A DNA stretch of 64,000 nt from Mobula hypostoma (Eukaryota). The stretch covers positions 105,774,001-105,838,000 of the forward strand of contig NC_086108.1 of NCBI RefSeq assembly GCF_963921235.1, written 5' to 3'. Each line of letters begins with the position of its first letter. Position 1 is the stretch's first letter. Shown here in pieces: positions 12,315 to 26,335 of this stretch. The position numbers and the translations under genes are program-made. The notes under the pieces are model-generated. The model searched no databases. It was not told the origin of the DNA and saw only the letters and a list, made by a program, of their open reading frames with translations.

Positions 12315-12957
12315 GAATTCTGTAGATGCTGGAAATCCAGAGTGTCTCACACACACACACACACACCTCGCGGACCTCAGCGGGTCAGGCAGCTTCTATG
12401 GAGTGGAAGGGGAGGAAGGGCAAAGCCTCCTCTACTGCCATGATGAAGTCAGTCTCAGGTTGGAGAAACAACACCTTGGATTCCATTTAGGTAGCCTTCA
12501 ACCTGATGGAATGAACATCAATTTATCTAACTTCTGGTAATTTCTCACCCCTCTCTCTCTTCTCTATTTTTCCATTCTTTGTTCTGCCTCCCCGTTACCC
12601 TTCCTCACCTACTTATCATTTCCCTCTGGTTTCCCTCTTCCTTCCCTTTCTCTCATGGTCCACTCTCTTCTCCTATCAGATTCCTTCTCATTCATCCCTT
12701 TACTTCTTCCACCTATCACCTTCCAGCTTCTTACTTCATTCACCCATCACTACCAACCCATCTTCCACTTCACCTGGCTTCGCCTATCACCTTCCAGTTT
12801 ATACTTCACCCCTTGACCACACGTTCTTAATCTGACTTCTTCTCTCTTCCTTTCCAGTCCTGATGAACGGTGTCGGCCCGAAACATCGACTGTTTATTCA
12901 CCTCCATAGATGCTTCCTGACTTATTGAGTTCCTCCAGCATTTTGTGTGCGTCGCTC
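12315..12957 (+). mobile_element. Penelope-like fragment: inverted pLTR end plus GIY-YIG tail and pLTR
   Basis: RLEKQHLGFHLGSLQPDGMNINLSNF; hammerhead at 12856-12891; inverted pLTR piece at 12315-12420. Confidence 0.85.
12856..12891 (+). ncRNA. Minimal hammerhead ribozyme motif (AUC triplet variant)
   Basis: AGTC CTGATGA ACGGTGTCGGCCC GAAA CATC GACT. Confidence 0.6.
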
Positions 12958-15856
12958 GAGGCCTCTGTACTTTTTATACATGAATAATTCAGATTTTATT
13001 TTACCTCAATGTTTTTCTGACAGCAAAACTTTCAAGAAACGTTGCTCGTAACTCAAAGTAGCAACACAGAGAAGTGAAGCAAAAGTGTCAACGTTCCTCC
13101 TCCTTTAAGCAGGCTTTTGCTGCTCCCTTTCAATCTCTGTTTGATGGCAGGCATCTTCACTGATGTGGGTAACAGGCAGGCAGGCTGCTTTGCTTTATGT
13201 CATCCAGCTCGCCGTCAGCTCCAGCAGCGATGGTGTCAGCTCCCATTCCCATCCACAAGACAAGCTGAGTGCAGGTAGTTGGTGAGAGGGAGTGAGGGTG
13301 GTGAGGCACGGGCCAGGATAATGAGGCTGCAAGACAGATGCTTAAAGCAGCCCGTGCCTAGGGGCCGATTTCTGACTTCTTAAGCAGGGCTGGCGCTTGA
13401 AGAGAACAAGGCCCATGAGAATGAGCAACTTTGACTGCCAATCCAGCTATTGCAGTTTCTTTTAAAAGCCTGAGGTAGATATAGAACATAGAACATCGAA
13501 CGGAACAGCACAGAAACAGGCCCTTCAGCTCATGCTATCTGCACTGAGTTGACGCTGAGTTAATCTAAAAACATCCACATGAACTGTATCCCTCCATTTT
13601 ATGCATATTCATGGACGTAAAAGTTTTTTAAATGGCAACATTGTACTTGCTTCCACCACTCAGGGCATCACCATAGCATAGCGATTAGTGTAATGTTAAT
13701 ACTGCACGAGCGCTCACTCGTTGGGGTTCAATTCCTGTCACTGACTGTAAGGAGTCCATTTGGGTGAGGGTTGTCAGAGGTAAGTTCTTCACACAGAGAG
13801 TGGTGAGCATGTGGAATGCCCTGCCTGGGGTAGTGGTAGAGGCAGAGACATAAAGGACATTTATGAAACTCTTAGATCGGCACATGAATGATAGAAAAAA
13901 ATAGACTGCTACGTAATAGCGCTCATGACCGTGTGGATTTCCTCAAGGTGCTCCAGTTTCCTTTCATGTTCTAAAGACGTACGGTAAGGTTTGATGAGTT
14001 GGAGGCATGGTATGTTGGCACCAGAAATGTGGCAACACTTATGAGATGTCCAGCGCAATCCAGTCTGATTTGATTTGATGCAATGATGAAGTTCACTGTA
14101 TGATTCAATGTACTTGTGACTAAAAAAGCTAATCTTTATCTTATCTAATCTTCATCTTTATCTTTTTGCCTTTTCCTTGGCAGACTGTTCCAAGCAGCTG
14201 TGTAAAAAGACTTGTCTCTTCAAACGTTCCACCTCTCACCTTAAATACGCGACCTCTAGTATTTGATGTTTCTATCTTGGGCAAAAGATTCTAAATGTCT
14301 ATCTTATCAATACCTCTCATTATGTTATAAACTTCCATCGTCTTCCCTCAGCAGCTGCTGTTCCACAGAAACACAACACAACTTTGCCCAACTACTCCCA
14401 ATAGGCAATATCCTCTAATCCAGGCAGCATCCTGGCAACACTCACAAAATACTGTTGAAATCGAGCGGATCAAGCAGCATCATATGGATAGGAATAAACA
14501 GACAATCTTTCCAGACCTTTGGTAATGCTAGGGTTTCCAAGATCTTGGATGCCGGTGAAATTTTATCAAGGATTATAGTATGACATCTGTATTGAAACAG
14601 AATCCGAATCTGGCGTCTGTCATGAAATTCATCGTTTTATGGCAGCAGTACATTGCAATACAAAATAATTTTTAAAACTATAAATTGCAGTAGGAAATAT
14701 ATTTCAAAAGACTTGCCCCACACATCATCTCAAACTATGCACACACACATTATATGTATATTCACATATATACAGATATGCACAAAATTCAATTAAATAA
14801 ATAGAGCAAATAGAGAGCAAAAGAAATGAAAATAATAGTGAGTTTGTGTTTATGGGTTCATGGATCATTCAGAAACTTGATGGTGGAGAGGAAGAAGCTG
14901 TTCTAAGACCTTAAGAGTGCATCTTCAAGCTCCTGTACCTCCTCCCTGATGGTAGTAATGAGAAGAGGGCAACTCCTGGGTGGTGATGGTCCTTAATGAT
15001 GGATACTGCACTTGCCCCATCATTGAAGTGTTCCTACAACCAGAGATCTCACTTTCAGGACTCTTAATCTCATTATTGCATGTTCTAGTGATTTATTGCT
15101 ATTTATTTATATTTGCATTTGCACAGTTTGTCGTCTTCTGCACTCTAGTTGATCTTTCATTGATCGTGTTATAGTTACTATTCCATAGATTTGCTGAGTG
15201 TGCCCTCAAGAAAATGAATCTCAGGGTGATGTATGGTGACGTATACGTACTTTGATAACAAACGTACTTTGAACTTTGAGGAATTGACTTTTGAAGAAGT
15301 CCTCAATGCTGGGCAGCTACTGTCCATGACAGAGCTGGCTGAGTTTACAGCCCTCTGCGCCTTTTTTCCAATCCTGTGCGTTGGTGCCTTCTTCTTATAA
15401 TAGGAAAGTGGGAACAGGAGGTGGCCAGTAACCCTGAAGGCTGCACCGATAATTGTTTAAAATACAGGCTAATTCATTTCTCAGCTCTATTTATCTGCCT
15501 TGGGCACAGAAGCATAGTGATTAAGTAACTGGGCAATTGATTCAAGGATAGGAATACAAATCGCACCACAGGAGCTCAGCAATTTAAATTCAAATACTTA
15601 GATTGTGAATACCAAAGCCAGACTTGGTATGGGTAAACATGAAACTAGTGGATTGTTGCTGGTGGGAGGTACACGACACAACTAGTAGAGTCCTTCTTCT
15701 CTCCAAGACCTAGATTCAAACCTCCACCTCAAGTACTGTTTGTGTGGTGTCCACACCTTTTTCCCACAGCATAAGGTTCCTCTATGAACAAGCTGCCTCT
15801 CACATCCAGATGTTGGTCAAAATAATCAGACTAAATTTATGATCAAACTATGTATA

Positions 15857-16361
15857 CATTCAGTGACTACTTCATAAGGTACACTTATAGACCTGCTCGT
15901 TAAAGCAAATATCTAATCAACTAATTATCTGGCAGCAACTCAATGTGTAAAAGCACATGGACATGGTCAAGATGTTAAATTGTTCAGACCAAACATCAGA
16001 ATAGGGAGGAAATGTAATCTCAGTGATGTTGATTGTGGAATGATTGTTGGTGCCAGACGGGGTGGCTTGAGTATCTCAGAAACGGCTGATCTCCTGGAAT
16101 TTTCTCACAGAACTGTCTCTGGGGAATGGTGTGAAAAACAAAAAAAGAATCTAGTGAGTGGTAGCTCTGTTGCCAAAACTGCCTTGTTAATGAGCGAGAT
16201 CAGAGGGGAAAGGCCAGACTGGTTCACGCTGACGGGAAGGTGACAGCAACTCAAATAACCACGTTACAACAACAGCGTGCAAAAGAGAATCCCTGAATGC
16301 ACACTGCGTCGAACTTTGAAGTGGATGGACTACAATCCTGTACCTAATAGAATGGCCACTG
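15857..16361 (+). mobile_element. Internally deleted Tc1 DNA transposon
   Basis: TIRs CAGTGACTACTTCATAAGGTACA / TGTACCTAATAGAATGGCCACTG; transposase HTH remnant GMIVGARRGGLSISETADLL. Confidence 0.85.
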
Positions 16362-16889
16362 TATGCCTGTCACCATATACCATCTTGAGATTCATTTTCT
16401 ACAGGTATTCACAAGACAATAAAGAAATACAATAAAGTTTATGAAAAACTATGCATATATAAAGGCTGATAATCAGCTAATGTGCAAATTAAAAATAAAG
16501 AATTAAGTAAATAAGAATATATAAACAAAGAAACAATCAAATAAATAAATAAACAATACTGAGAACAATCAGGAATCTATCAAGTTCTGCTTTAAATATA
16601 CCTACAGAATTGGCCTCATCTGCAGTCTGTGGCAGAGCAATTTACAGACTCACCGCACTTTGGTTAAAAGAATTCCTCTTTACTTCTGTTCTATATTGTC
16701 GCCACTCAATTTTGAGGCTCTGCCCTCTAGTTTTGGATACGCCCACCAGAGGAAAGATCCTCTCCACAGTCACCTTATCTAGCCCTTTCAACATTTGGTA
16801 GATTTCAATGACATGCACCCACAGTCTTCTAAACTCCTCAGTAATGGTCACCACATCCGGAGCAGCAGCTGTGAGGGCGGCCCATGCAT

Positions 16890-17915
16890 AGTCAGAATCA
16901 GACGCAGAATCAGCTTTATCATCGCCGGCTTGTGACGTGAAATTTGTTAACTTAGCAGCAGCAGGACAATGCAATACATGATATAGAAGAATAAATAAAT
17001 ATCAACCAATTACAGTATATATATATATATATAGAATAAATTTTAAAATCGCGCAAAAAATCAGAAATAATATATATTAAAAAAGTGAGGTAATTTTCAT
17101 GGGTTCAATGTCCATTTAGGAATCGGATGGCAGAGGGAAAGAATCTGTTTCTGAATCGCTGAGTACATGCCTTTCGACTTCTGTACCTCCTCCCTGACGG
17201 TAACACTGAGAAAAGGGCATGCCCCAGGTGCTGGGGGTCCTTAATAATGGATGCTGCCTTTCTGAGACACAGCTCCTTAAAGATATCCTGGGTACTTTGT
17301 AGTCTAGTACCCGAGATGGAGCCGACTAAATTCATGACCCTCTACAAATACTTTTGGTCCTGTGCAGTAGCACCCCCCCCCCCCCCCAATACCAGACAGT
17401 GATGCAGCCTGTCAGAATGCTCTCCATGGTAGATCTATAGTAGATTTTGGGTGTTTTTGTTGACATACCAAATCTCTTCAAACTCCTAATGAAGTAAGGT
17501 TGCTGACTTGCCTTCTTTATAGCTGCATCAATATGTTGGGACCAGGTTAGGTCTTCAGAGATCTTGACACCCAGCAACTTGAAATTGCTCAATCTCTCCA
17601 CTTCTGATCCCTCTATGAGGATTGGTATGTGTTCCTTTGTTTTACCCTTTCCTTCCTGAAGTCCACAATCAGCTCTTTCATCTTACTGACATTGAGTGCC
17701 AGGTTGTTGCTGTGACACCACTCCACTAGTTGGCATACCTCACTCCTGTACTCCCTCTTGTCACCATCTGAGATTCTACCAACAATAGTTGTGTCATCAG
17801 TAAATTTGTAGATGGTATTTGAGCTATACCTAGCCACACAGTCATGTGTATATAGACAGTAGAGCAGTGGGCTAAGCACACACCCCTGAGGTGCACCAGT
17901 GTTGATGGTCACCAG
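16890..17915 (-). mobile_element. Rex1/Babar-group LINE, 3' about 1 kb (RT remnant plus tail)
   Basis: GAPQGCVLSPLLYCLYTHDC; KFTDD; LALNVSKMKELIVDFRK; LPSGRRYRS..FFPSAIRFLN; (TCTGAT)n-type tail. Confidence 0.88.
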
Positions 17916-20900
17916 GAGGAGATAAATGACCCTCATGATCCATGTCCCATCCCCCTTCCACACCGACTGTTATAGTGGGAGATGGTAGGACTATAGAGAA
18001 AGAAGGAGATGAGAATGGCACTTACTGACTTGCTCCTTAATAGTTGGCATGGACCTTGTGCCACAATAGACTAGTGGTTAATGCAATCACTTTACAGTGC
18101 CAGTAATTACCACTCAGGGTTCGGTTCCCACTGCTGACCGTAGGGAAATTTTACGTTCTCCCTCTGTCTGCATGGGTTTCTTCTGGCCTCGTTGGTTTTC
18201 TCCCTCATTCCAAAGATGAGCGGGTTGGGGTAAGTGAGTGGTGGGCATGCTGTATTAGTGTTGGCGATACTTGTGGGCTGGCAGCACAATCCTTGCTGAT
18301 TTGATTCAGTGCAAGTGTCGCATTTCACTGTATGTTTCAATGTACATGTGACAAATAAAGCTAATCAAAGATTCAAAGTACAACTATTATCAAAGTATGT
18401 ATGTAGTATACAACCCTGAGATTGGTCTTCACACAGACAGCCTCGAAACAAAGAAACACCATGGAATCCATTTAAAGAAAAACATTAAACCTCCCCCACA
18501 AAAAAAGAACAAATCACGCAAATGGCAAGAAAGAGTTAAAAACACACAATATAAAACATCAGACCACAAAGTCAATGACAGAGTCCAGGAATGGTCAGTT
18601 TCAGCTCAGTTCAGTACAATCTAGCGCTGTGTTGATTGTTGATTCTTAAAATCTTTAATTCTGCTGGATGACTCCCTACTTCTGTGTCAGTTTGACTATG
18701 AGCTAAGACCACAGTATTTTGTTTCCAGCTTCAGTGGGTTGATTAGCTGATGTCTTACAATGCAACAGTGACAGCACTTAAAAAGAGCAATGGGTTTTTG
18801 TACCTTGGCAATCAAATGTGAGAAGTCCTAACTTAGAGGAATCTTTTATTTTCCCTCAGTTGTGGTATTAGTCAAGAACTCGTCTTAACTTCAAAATTTC
18901 AACTTGATATTTTTGTTTGAAAAAAATCCTCTGCACGTTTGCCAACCTACGTCCTTCAACTGAACCGAGCTCCTGGGTTGGCCTGTCCACAAGTCAGAGG
19001 CCCAATGTCAGCCTGCCTACAACTCCAGGACCAAGGACTGGGAGTGGAGGCCTGGTGGTGTTCTGTCCTGCTGCTGGAGGCCTGTCTTAGTGTGTGGGTT
19101 GGGAAGGGGACTTGCCTTGCTGTTATTATTAAGTTTTGTTGTTGCTGTTGCTTGTGCTGATCTGCAGAACATTTTGGGGCATGAATATGTGGCAATGGTT
19201 GTGGGATGCTCACAACACATCCTTGAATGTGTAGTTGCTGATGCAAACGACACATTTCACTGTATGTTTCGACATTACGTGTGATAAATACGGTGCAAAA
19301 ACATTTTTATATATCTTATTCCATATCTGGCCTTTAACATCAAACTTAAATGTTTTATATAATTCTTACTCTTTATAATGGTTGAATGTTGCTTTTTTTG
19401 TTACATGTTGTGCCCTGTCCAACACATCACTGCAAATTCCAAATACATGTAAATGTATATGGCGAATAAAGTTGACCCTTCATTCTGATCAATGAATCTG
19501 CATCTGAGTCTGAATCTGATTCTGAATTATCATCAGGGGCCCTCAACCATCCATGCCATGCTCTCTTCTGGCTGCTACCATCTGGAAGGAGGCACAGGAC
19601 CCTCTTGTCCCACACCACCAGGTACAGGAACAGTTATTACCATTCAACGATCAAACTCCTGAACCAGTGTAGATAACTTCACTCACCCCTACACTGAACT
19701 AATTCTACAACCTACAGCCTCACTTTCAAGGACTCAACAACTCATCTTCTCAGTACGATTTATGTATTTTAATTTGTCTTTTTTGCATTTGCACATGAAA
19801 TCCCCTTTCACTAGGCATCTTGCTAACAGCCACTGGATTCCACAGCGAGAAACCCACCTTTCCCAGGCTTTGTACATCAAGGGTTTATGTGACTTTGGTC
19901 CCACCAAATCTGTGAGGGTGTGATGATTCACCCACCCAAACCCCCGTTTGTGTGAATGCTGTGTGATTTACTGCCCCTGGCAGGAAATATCAGATCATAC
20001 ACTGCATACAATTAATAAGTATACTTAAGAATGTTAGCTTAAGCAAATAGTTATTAAAGGAAAGAAAGAAAAAGCAAAAAGGGCCATTATACTTCAATAT
20101 TCACACATGCATGTGGAGCTGAAATCTTGAACTTCTCTTTAACTCACACACTGGACCCTTGGTCTGCATGGAAGCACGCACCATCTTCTGAAGGTCACTC
20201 AAAATCCATCTTGAACAAATGGGCTCTCCCACGGAAGTATTGGATCTTCCTTCTTGAGGCACTTTGTGCAACAGGGATAGCATCTTCCACCATCTTCCCT
20301 CCCATATCTCCCAGGTCCAGCCAACAAAGACCTCTCCTTCCAGCATTGTCTAAATCTAGAACCTTCTCTCAAACCTACCATCCTGATTGGCTGACATCAC
20401 ATTCCTAAGGCGAATAACGAAGCCTCTTATCTCAGCTCATGCCCAAACAAGCTGAAAGCAGGACAGACTGTTCTTGCAAAACTGCTAAAATAAAATGCCT
20501 GCAGCCTAACAGTAACAGTCCTAACTAGGGCATTAGACTCTCGGCCACCAAAAATAGTCATGTCCTTATGATTTTGAAACTTATTAACCCATCATTAATA
20601 ACACAGTTTTCAAAGGAATTTTGAGATGTCAGGACCTCCAATCCATTTGTGAATAGTAGTGACATATCTCACTAGGGGGATAGATGCAACACTCTATACC
20701 CCTGGTGCATCATAGGCTGGCCTATCTGGGGGTATTTTTGAGACTTCCTTATACAACCTTCAGCTCCTCCATCCTCAACCACACCTTGTGACCCTTCCTG
20801 TCTACTAGAGGGTGCCTCTCCCTCATATCACTCATGTCATCCGACGGCTCAGTCCCCCTTGCCCCATGGCCAAATTTAACTTCTGTCGGTTTAAGCCAGT

Positions 20901-21173
20901 GTGGCCAAACATCCTCAGTCTCTGCTGGTGCTAACCGGTGAGATCTCTCTCGGAAAGGGGTGTCCTCAGTCGCTCCAATAGTGTGGCAAGTACTCCTGGT
21001 GTAACTTTATCAGCCTCGTCAGTAGAAGATGCATCTTCATGTCTCAACGTTTTCTCAGTTAAGCTTCTTCTCTGTTCCTCAGACATTCCGGCAAATTCAG
21101 GGGTTCCTGTCATGCTAGCTACTCCTCCAGGATGTAACATGACAGGTTTAGACTGGGTGCACCAAGCAGTTCC

Positions 21174-23790
21174 TCATTTCTGCTCATCATCTTGGTTAGG
21201 AGGAACTTGCACCTTCTCAAAAGCAGCTCTGAAGACAGGGTGAATGGAGAAGGCTTTCAAAACATTTGCTCCATACCTCTCCTTGCATGCTCTCAGGAGC
21301 CTTCTCACAACAGCAGTATCTGTCCCCACAAGAATGGAAGCTCCACTCTTTGTAACTGGATCTGGACAGACCAACACAGGTGTGTCAATAGTCTCAGTTA
21401 CTCCAACATCTGCTTCTGAAAACTTCAACTTCAACAACAAGTTATCATCGTATGGGTACTCATCAGTGGTAAGGCCCTGAAACTCAAGGGACCTGAGAGT
21501 CATGACTGGTGAATGCGTCAAATACTGCTTGTGAAAGCATCTATAAAGCAGATAACCCGAGAATCTGTGTCAAGTACGGCTCCGGCATGAACACCTTCAA
21601 TATTTATAGATGCATCAGAGCTTGGTCCCACTAAACCTTCGGGAATAGCATTAAAAAACGCAGACATGAGGAAATCTGCAGATGCTGGAAATCCAAGCAA
21701 CACACACAAAAAATGCTGGTGAACACAGCAAGAATAGCATTTGGTACTTTAGCAATTCTCTTCATACGCTGATAGGAACGTATCCTTTCCAAAATGTCAG
21801 CCCGTTCCTTTACTGGGTCCCTCCATTGTTTTACCTTTTTTCTTCTCTGTTTGATTAACTGTTGATTTACTTTCTGAAGACTTTCTCATCCTTCACACTC
21901 CTGCTTGAAATGTCCATCTTTTCCACAGTGGCAACAGAAAATACCAGTCACTTCTCTGGTCAATTCAGCAGCAGTCCTCTGTATGTTCATCAGCAGGTCT
22001 GATCCGCTATCGGCTTTGTTGTACTTGGTGACAGCATCTGCCGATATCAACCAGGATATCTCAGCTCTAAAATCTTTCATGAAATCCTGTAAAACCTCCA
22101 CCTGGACATCAGGGGTCACTTCGGCAACAGTGGCTACTACCAAGGACTGTGCTCTGCCGACGGAGGCCTCATGCTCCTCCATCATGTGTTCCTCCTCTCT
22201 AAGTAACTCGGTAAAGGATGGAGGAGGGCGCATCTTGTGGGTCATTCAAATATGTAGAGAAATCATGTCATGTGACAAGGTGCCCTTCACAACTTGCTCC
22301 GTCCTGAAGCTATTTCTCTCAGACAGTTGGATGCCTCCTTCGTGGCACAAACAGTGCAGCAGCTTCTCCAACCTCAAAATGGAGGCAGACAACTTCTCCA
22401 CTTTATACTTTATTGTTGCCAAACAATTGATACTAGAATGTACAATCATCATAGCGATATTTGATTCTGCACTTCCCGCTGCCTGGATTACAAATCGATA
22501 GTAAATATTAAAAATTTAATTTATAAATCATAAATAGAAAAATTAGAAAAATGGAAAGTAAGGTAGGATAGTACAAAAAAACTGAGCGGCAGGTCCGGAT
22601 ATTTGGAGGGTACGGCCCAGATCCGGGTCAGGTTCCGTTCAGCAGTCTTATCACAGTTGGAAAGAAGCTGTTCCCAAATCTGGCCGTACGAGTCTTCAAG
22701 CTCCTGAGCCTTCTCCTGGAGGGAAGAGGGACGAGAAGTGTGCTGGCTGGGTGGGTCGTGTCCTTGATTATTCTGGCAACACTGCTCCGACAGCGTGCGG
22801 TGTAAAGTGAGTCCAAGGATGGAAGATTGGTTTGTGTGACGTGCTGCGCCGTGTTCGTGATCTTCTGCAGCTTCTTGCGGTCTTGACCAGGACAACTTCC
22901 ATACCCAGGTTGTGATACACCCTAGAAGAATGCTTTCTGCAGTGCATCTATAAAAATTAGTGAGGGTTTTAGGGGACAGGCCATATTTCTTTAGTTTTTA
23001 CTTTCTTCCTCCTGGAATGTGTGCTTAAACCTCTTCCTTAGATCAGCTGCTCTTCCAGCAGTGCCAAAATCATCTTCCAGAACCTGTAGGTAATTAATTG
23101 ATGTGGCTAATGGATTTTCTGCTTTGCAGAACCTCATTATATCGGCCATTGGCCCCCAGCCCCTTTAAGGTCTCTAACAGGTCTCAATATTTTCATATTA
23201 TCTGGGCACTGCCATTCATCCAATAATTGGGATGTCTGCTCAGCCCAAACCTCACATTCGTCTTCCCCATCGGGTGTGGTCTTGACTCCAGAGAACACTC
23301 TCAGCCTACAATAACGTCAGCTCTCTGCAGATACAACCAGTGATGTAATAGCCAAAACGAGCTCGGAATTTAATTCAATAGCTGAAGGATTCAGCAGGCC
23401 TATCACATCAGACAACTCCTTCCCCTCACTCCGCAGAAGCAAGAGCAACTTTTCTTTAAAGTCTCCGCCCTCAGCTCCGGGAAACTCAACTTTCATCTTG
23501 GCATCCTTGCCTACACTCTCCCCTTATCTGAAAATATGGATGGCCGATGGCCTCTCCGCTCCGGGTACTACAATGGTACCCATTACATCAGCGCTGGTCT
23601 GAACTAACACCACATCTTTTCCCTCCATTTGGTCAAATTGCCACTCCATTATTGTAGTTTTCCCTAACACTCTTAACAGTATTAAAACCCTAATCAACAA
23701 TTCATCTGGGCTGCCAATATCCACCCACACAGAACATAAGCTTTAGTTATGGGCAATCTCTTTGAATCGCACCAACACTTAATCGTTGCA
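21174..23790 (-). pseudogene. PNMA-like gag plus protease remnants
   Basis: LRVFSGVKTTPDGEDECEVW, EKLSASILRLEKLL, PPSFTELLREEE, CCHC, LDTDS; stops and insertions. Confidence 0.8.
22404..22995 (-). mobile_element. Rex1/Babar-group LINE 3' end inserted in gag
   Basis: TARCRSS..LPSRRRLRSLKTRTARFGNSFFPTVIRLLN; close to 45377-45987; (TAAAGTA)n tail. Confidence 0.88.
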
Positions 23791-23864
23791 GTGTCCATAA
23801 CCACGTATCTTAATCACTTTCCCAGACAATAGCTTAACACAGGCTTAAACAAAAACCCACTTAT

Positions 23865-24630
23865 TCAATTCTTTGGAAGGACAAATCAAGGTAGGACATA
23901 CACAGTAAATGGTAGGGCACTGAGGAATGTGGAGGAACAAAGAGATCTGGGAGTTCCCTGAAAGTGACGTCACAGGTAGACAGGTTTGTAAAGAAGGCTT
24001 TTGGCATCCTGGCATTCATAAATCAAAGTATTGAGTATAGGAGTTGGGATGTTATGGGGAGGTTCTATAAGACATTGGTGAGGCCAAATTTGGAGTATTG
24101 TGTACAGTTCTGGTCACCTAATTATAAGAAGGATATCAGTAAGATTAAAAGAGTGCAGAGAAGATTTACTAGGATTTTGCTGGGTCTTCAGGAGTTGAGT
24201 TACAGGGAAAGATTGAACAGGTTAGGACTTTATTCCTTGGAGTGTAGAAGAATGAGGGAAGATTTGATAGAGGTTTACAAAATTATGAGGGGTATAGACA
24301 GAGTAAATGTGAATAGGCTCTTTCCACTTAGATTAGGAGAGATAAATACGAGAGGACATGGCTTTAGGGTGAAACGGGAAAGGTTTAGGCGGAACATTAG
24401 GGGGAGCTTCTTCACTCAGAGTGGTGGGAGTGCGGACTGAGCTGCCATCTGACATGGTAAATGCGGGCTCACTCTTGGGTTTTAAGAATAAATTGGGGAG
24501 GTGCATGGATGGGAGAGGTCTGGATGATTATCGACTGGATGCAGGTCAATGGGACTAGCGGAATAATATTTCGGCACAGACTAGAAGGGCCAAATGGCCT
24601 GTTTTCTGTGCTATTGTATGCTATGGTTCT
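23865..24630 (+). mobile_element. CR1 3' fragment inserted in the Gypsy leader
   Basis: ORF 23964-24440 LVRPNLEYCVQFWSP; CTATGGTTCT tail. Confidence 0.9.
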
Positions 24631-24952
24631 TAGGGCAATCACGCAGCGTCCAACAAACTCAATCTGGGATGATGCCACTACAATGTGAAACCACTTTTAC
24701 TGGGCATCAAAGACCTCTCCCCCCCCACCCCAGTGTTCTCGAACCTTCTCCCAATTTTACCATCCTGATTGGCTGACACCACATTCCTAAGGTGAACAAC
24801 AAAGCCTCTTATCTCAGCTCTAATCCAACAAGCTGAAAGCAGAATAGACTGCTCTTACTGAACTGCTGAAATGAAATACCTACAGCATAGCGGTAACCAG
24901 GTGCTATACACAGTTTGTCTTCTTTTGCACATTGCTTGCTTGTCCATCTTTG

Positions 24953-25537
24953 TGTAAGGGGTTCTCTTTTATGCTGACTGCTAAGGCTGATAAAATGGCT
25001 TCTCTGTAATGCTAACTGCTGAGGTAATGGGTTCTCTGTAGCTGCAATGTTTGGTTTATAACTACAGATAACAGGGAACTAACCAATGGGCGACATGTTA
25101 TTCTATCTTGTATATCTGGGGATTGAGTTGTCTGCGCATTTTGCAGGCGAGGTGAGCAAAGAGGGAGGATGAGTGCAGGAAGCGCTCAGTGATCATGGAG
25201 CGGTGGGAATGGAAATTCAAGGATCCAAAGGTTGGCGGGATTTCGGCAGAGGTCGTTAATGGAAGGACACCGGAGGCGTGAGCTCCAACGATCTCTTTCC
25301 TGTGCACAAACTGATACTTTTAATAAGAGTGGCATCTTCGTCTTTTATAATTTTGTTTCTCTATTAATCACATCACAAAATAAGATTTATCAAGTGTAAT
25401 CATTTAATGGCTTATTGTGTACCGTCTGATTTTTGCATTGTGGGTTTGTACTGGGGTACATTACACAACTTCAGTTTGGCGGGGCTGAAGGCCGCTTCCC
25501 CTAGATGAACCTGAGCCGAGCGAGCCTGAGGCTGACA
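24953..25537 (+). mobile_element. Solo LTR
   Basis: TGTAAGG...GCTGACA flanked by 4-bp TSD TTTG (24949-24952, 25538-25541); CCAAT box. Confidence 0.8.
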
Positions 25538-25844
25538 TTTGCTTGTGTGTAGTTTTTCATTGATTCGATTGTATTTCTCTGTATCCACAGCAAGTGCCTG
25601 CAAGAAAATGGATCTCCAGGTAGTGTATGGTAACATATCTGCATTTTGATAACAAACTTACTTTGAACTTTTAATCTGAATCATCAAGGCCTGTATACAA
25701 CTCCCATCAGATTCATTTTACCCTTGCAAGTTTCTTAACTCTACCCACAAGGATTCTATATCTTCTGATCCTACGACATCTCTTTCTCAAGATTTGATTT
25801 CATTTTCTATCAACAGAGCCATGCCACCCTCTCTTGGCTACCTA

Positions 25845-26335
25845 CAGTGGCTACAAAAAAGTATTCACCCCTCCCCACCCAGAAGTTTTCATGTTTTATT
25901 GTTTTACAACATTGAATCACAATGGATTTAATTTGGCTTTTTTGACACTGATCAACAGAAAAGACTCTTCTGTGTCAAAGTGAAAACAAATTTCTACAAA
26001 TTGGTGTAAATTTATTACAATTATTAAACACAAAATAATTGATTGCATAATTACTCAATCCCTTCATCAGTACTTGGTAGATGCACCTTTGGCGGCAATT
26101 ACAGACTTGAGTCTGTGTGGATAGGTCTCTATCAGCTTTGCACATCCCGACACTAATTTTTCCCCATTCTTCTTTACAAAACTGCTTAAGCTTTGTCAGA
26201 TAGCATGCGGATTGTGAATGAACAGCACTTTTCAAGTCCAGGCACAAATTGTCTATTGGATTGAGGTCTGGACTCTGACTTGGTCACTCCAGGATATTAA
26301 CTTCATTGTTTTTAGGCCATTCCAGTGTAGGTTTG
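25845..26335 (-). mobile_element. Tc1 transposon 3' end (TIR plus transposase C-terminus)
   Basis: TA|CAGTGG terminus; LKQFCKEEWGKI...AAKGASTKY-like C-terminus. Confidence 0.85.

Larger units (their letters stand above)
19794..24910 (-). mobile_element. Gypsy LTR element with PNMA-like Gag; pol largely deleted; nested insertions
   Basis: LTR homology between 19794-20538 and 24684-24910; PPT-like sequence at 20539-20550; Gag with CCHC knuckle (CCHCGKDGHFKQEC); protease GLVGP...LDTDS; no RT/RH/INT core. Confidence 0.85.

Noticed and set aside
21174..23790. Domesticated PNMA host gene
   Set aside because: Flanked by LTRs and broken by stops, frameshifts and insertions.
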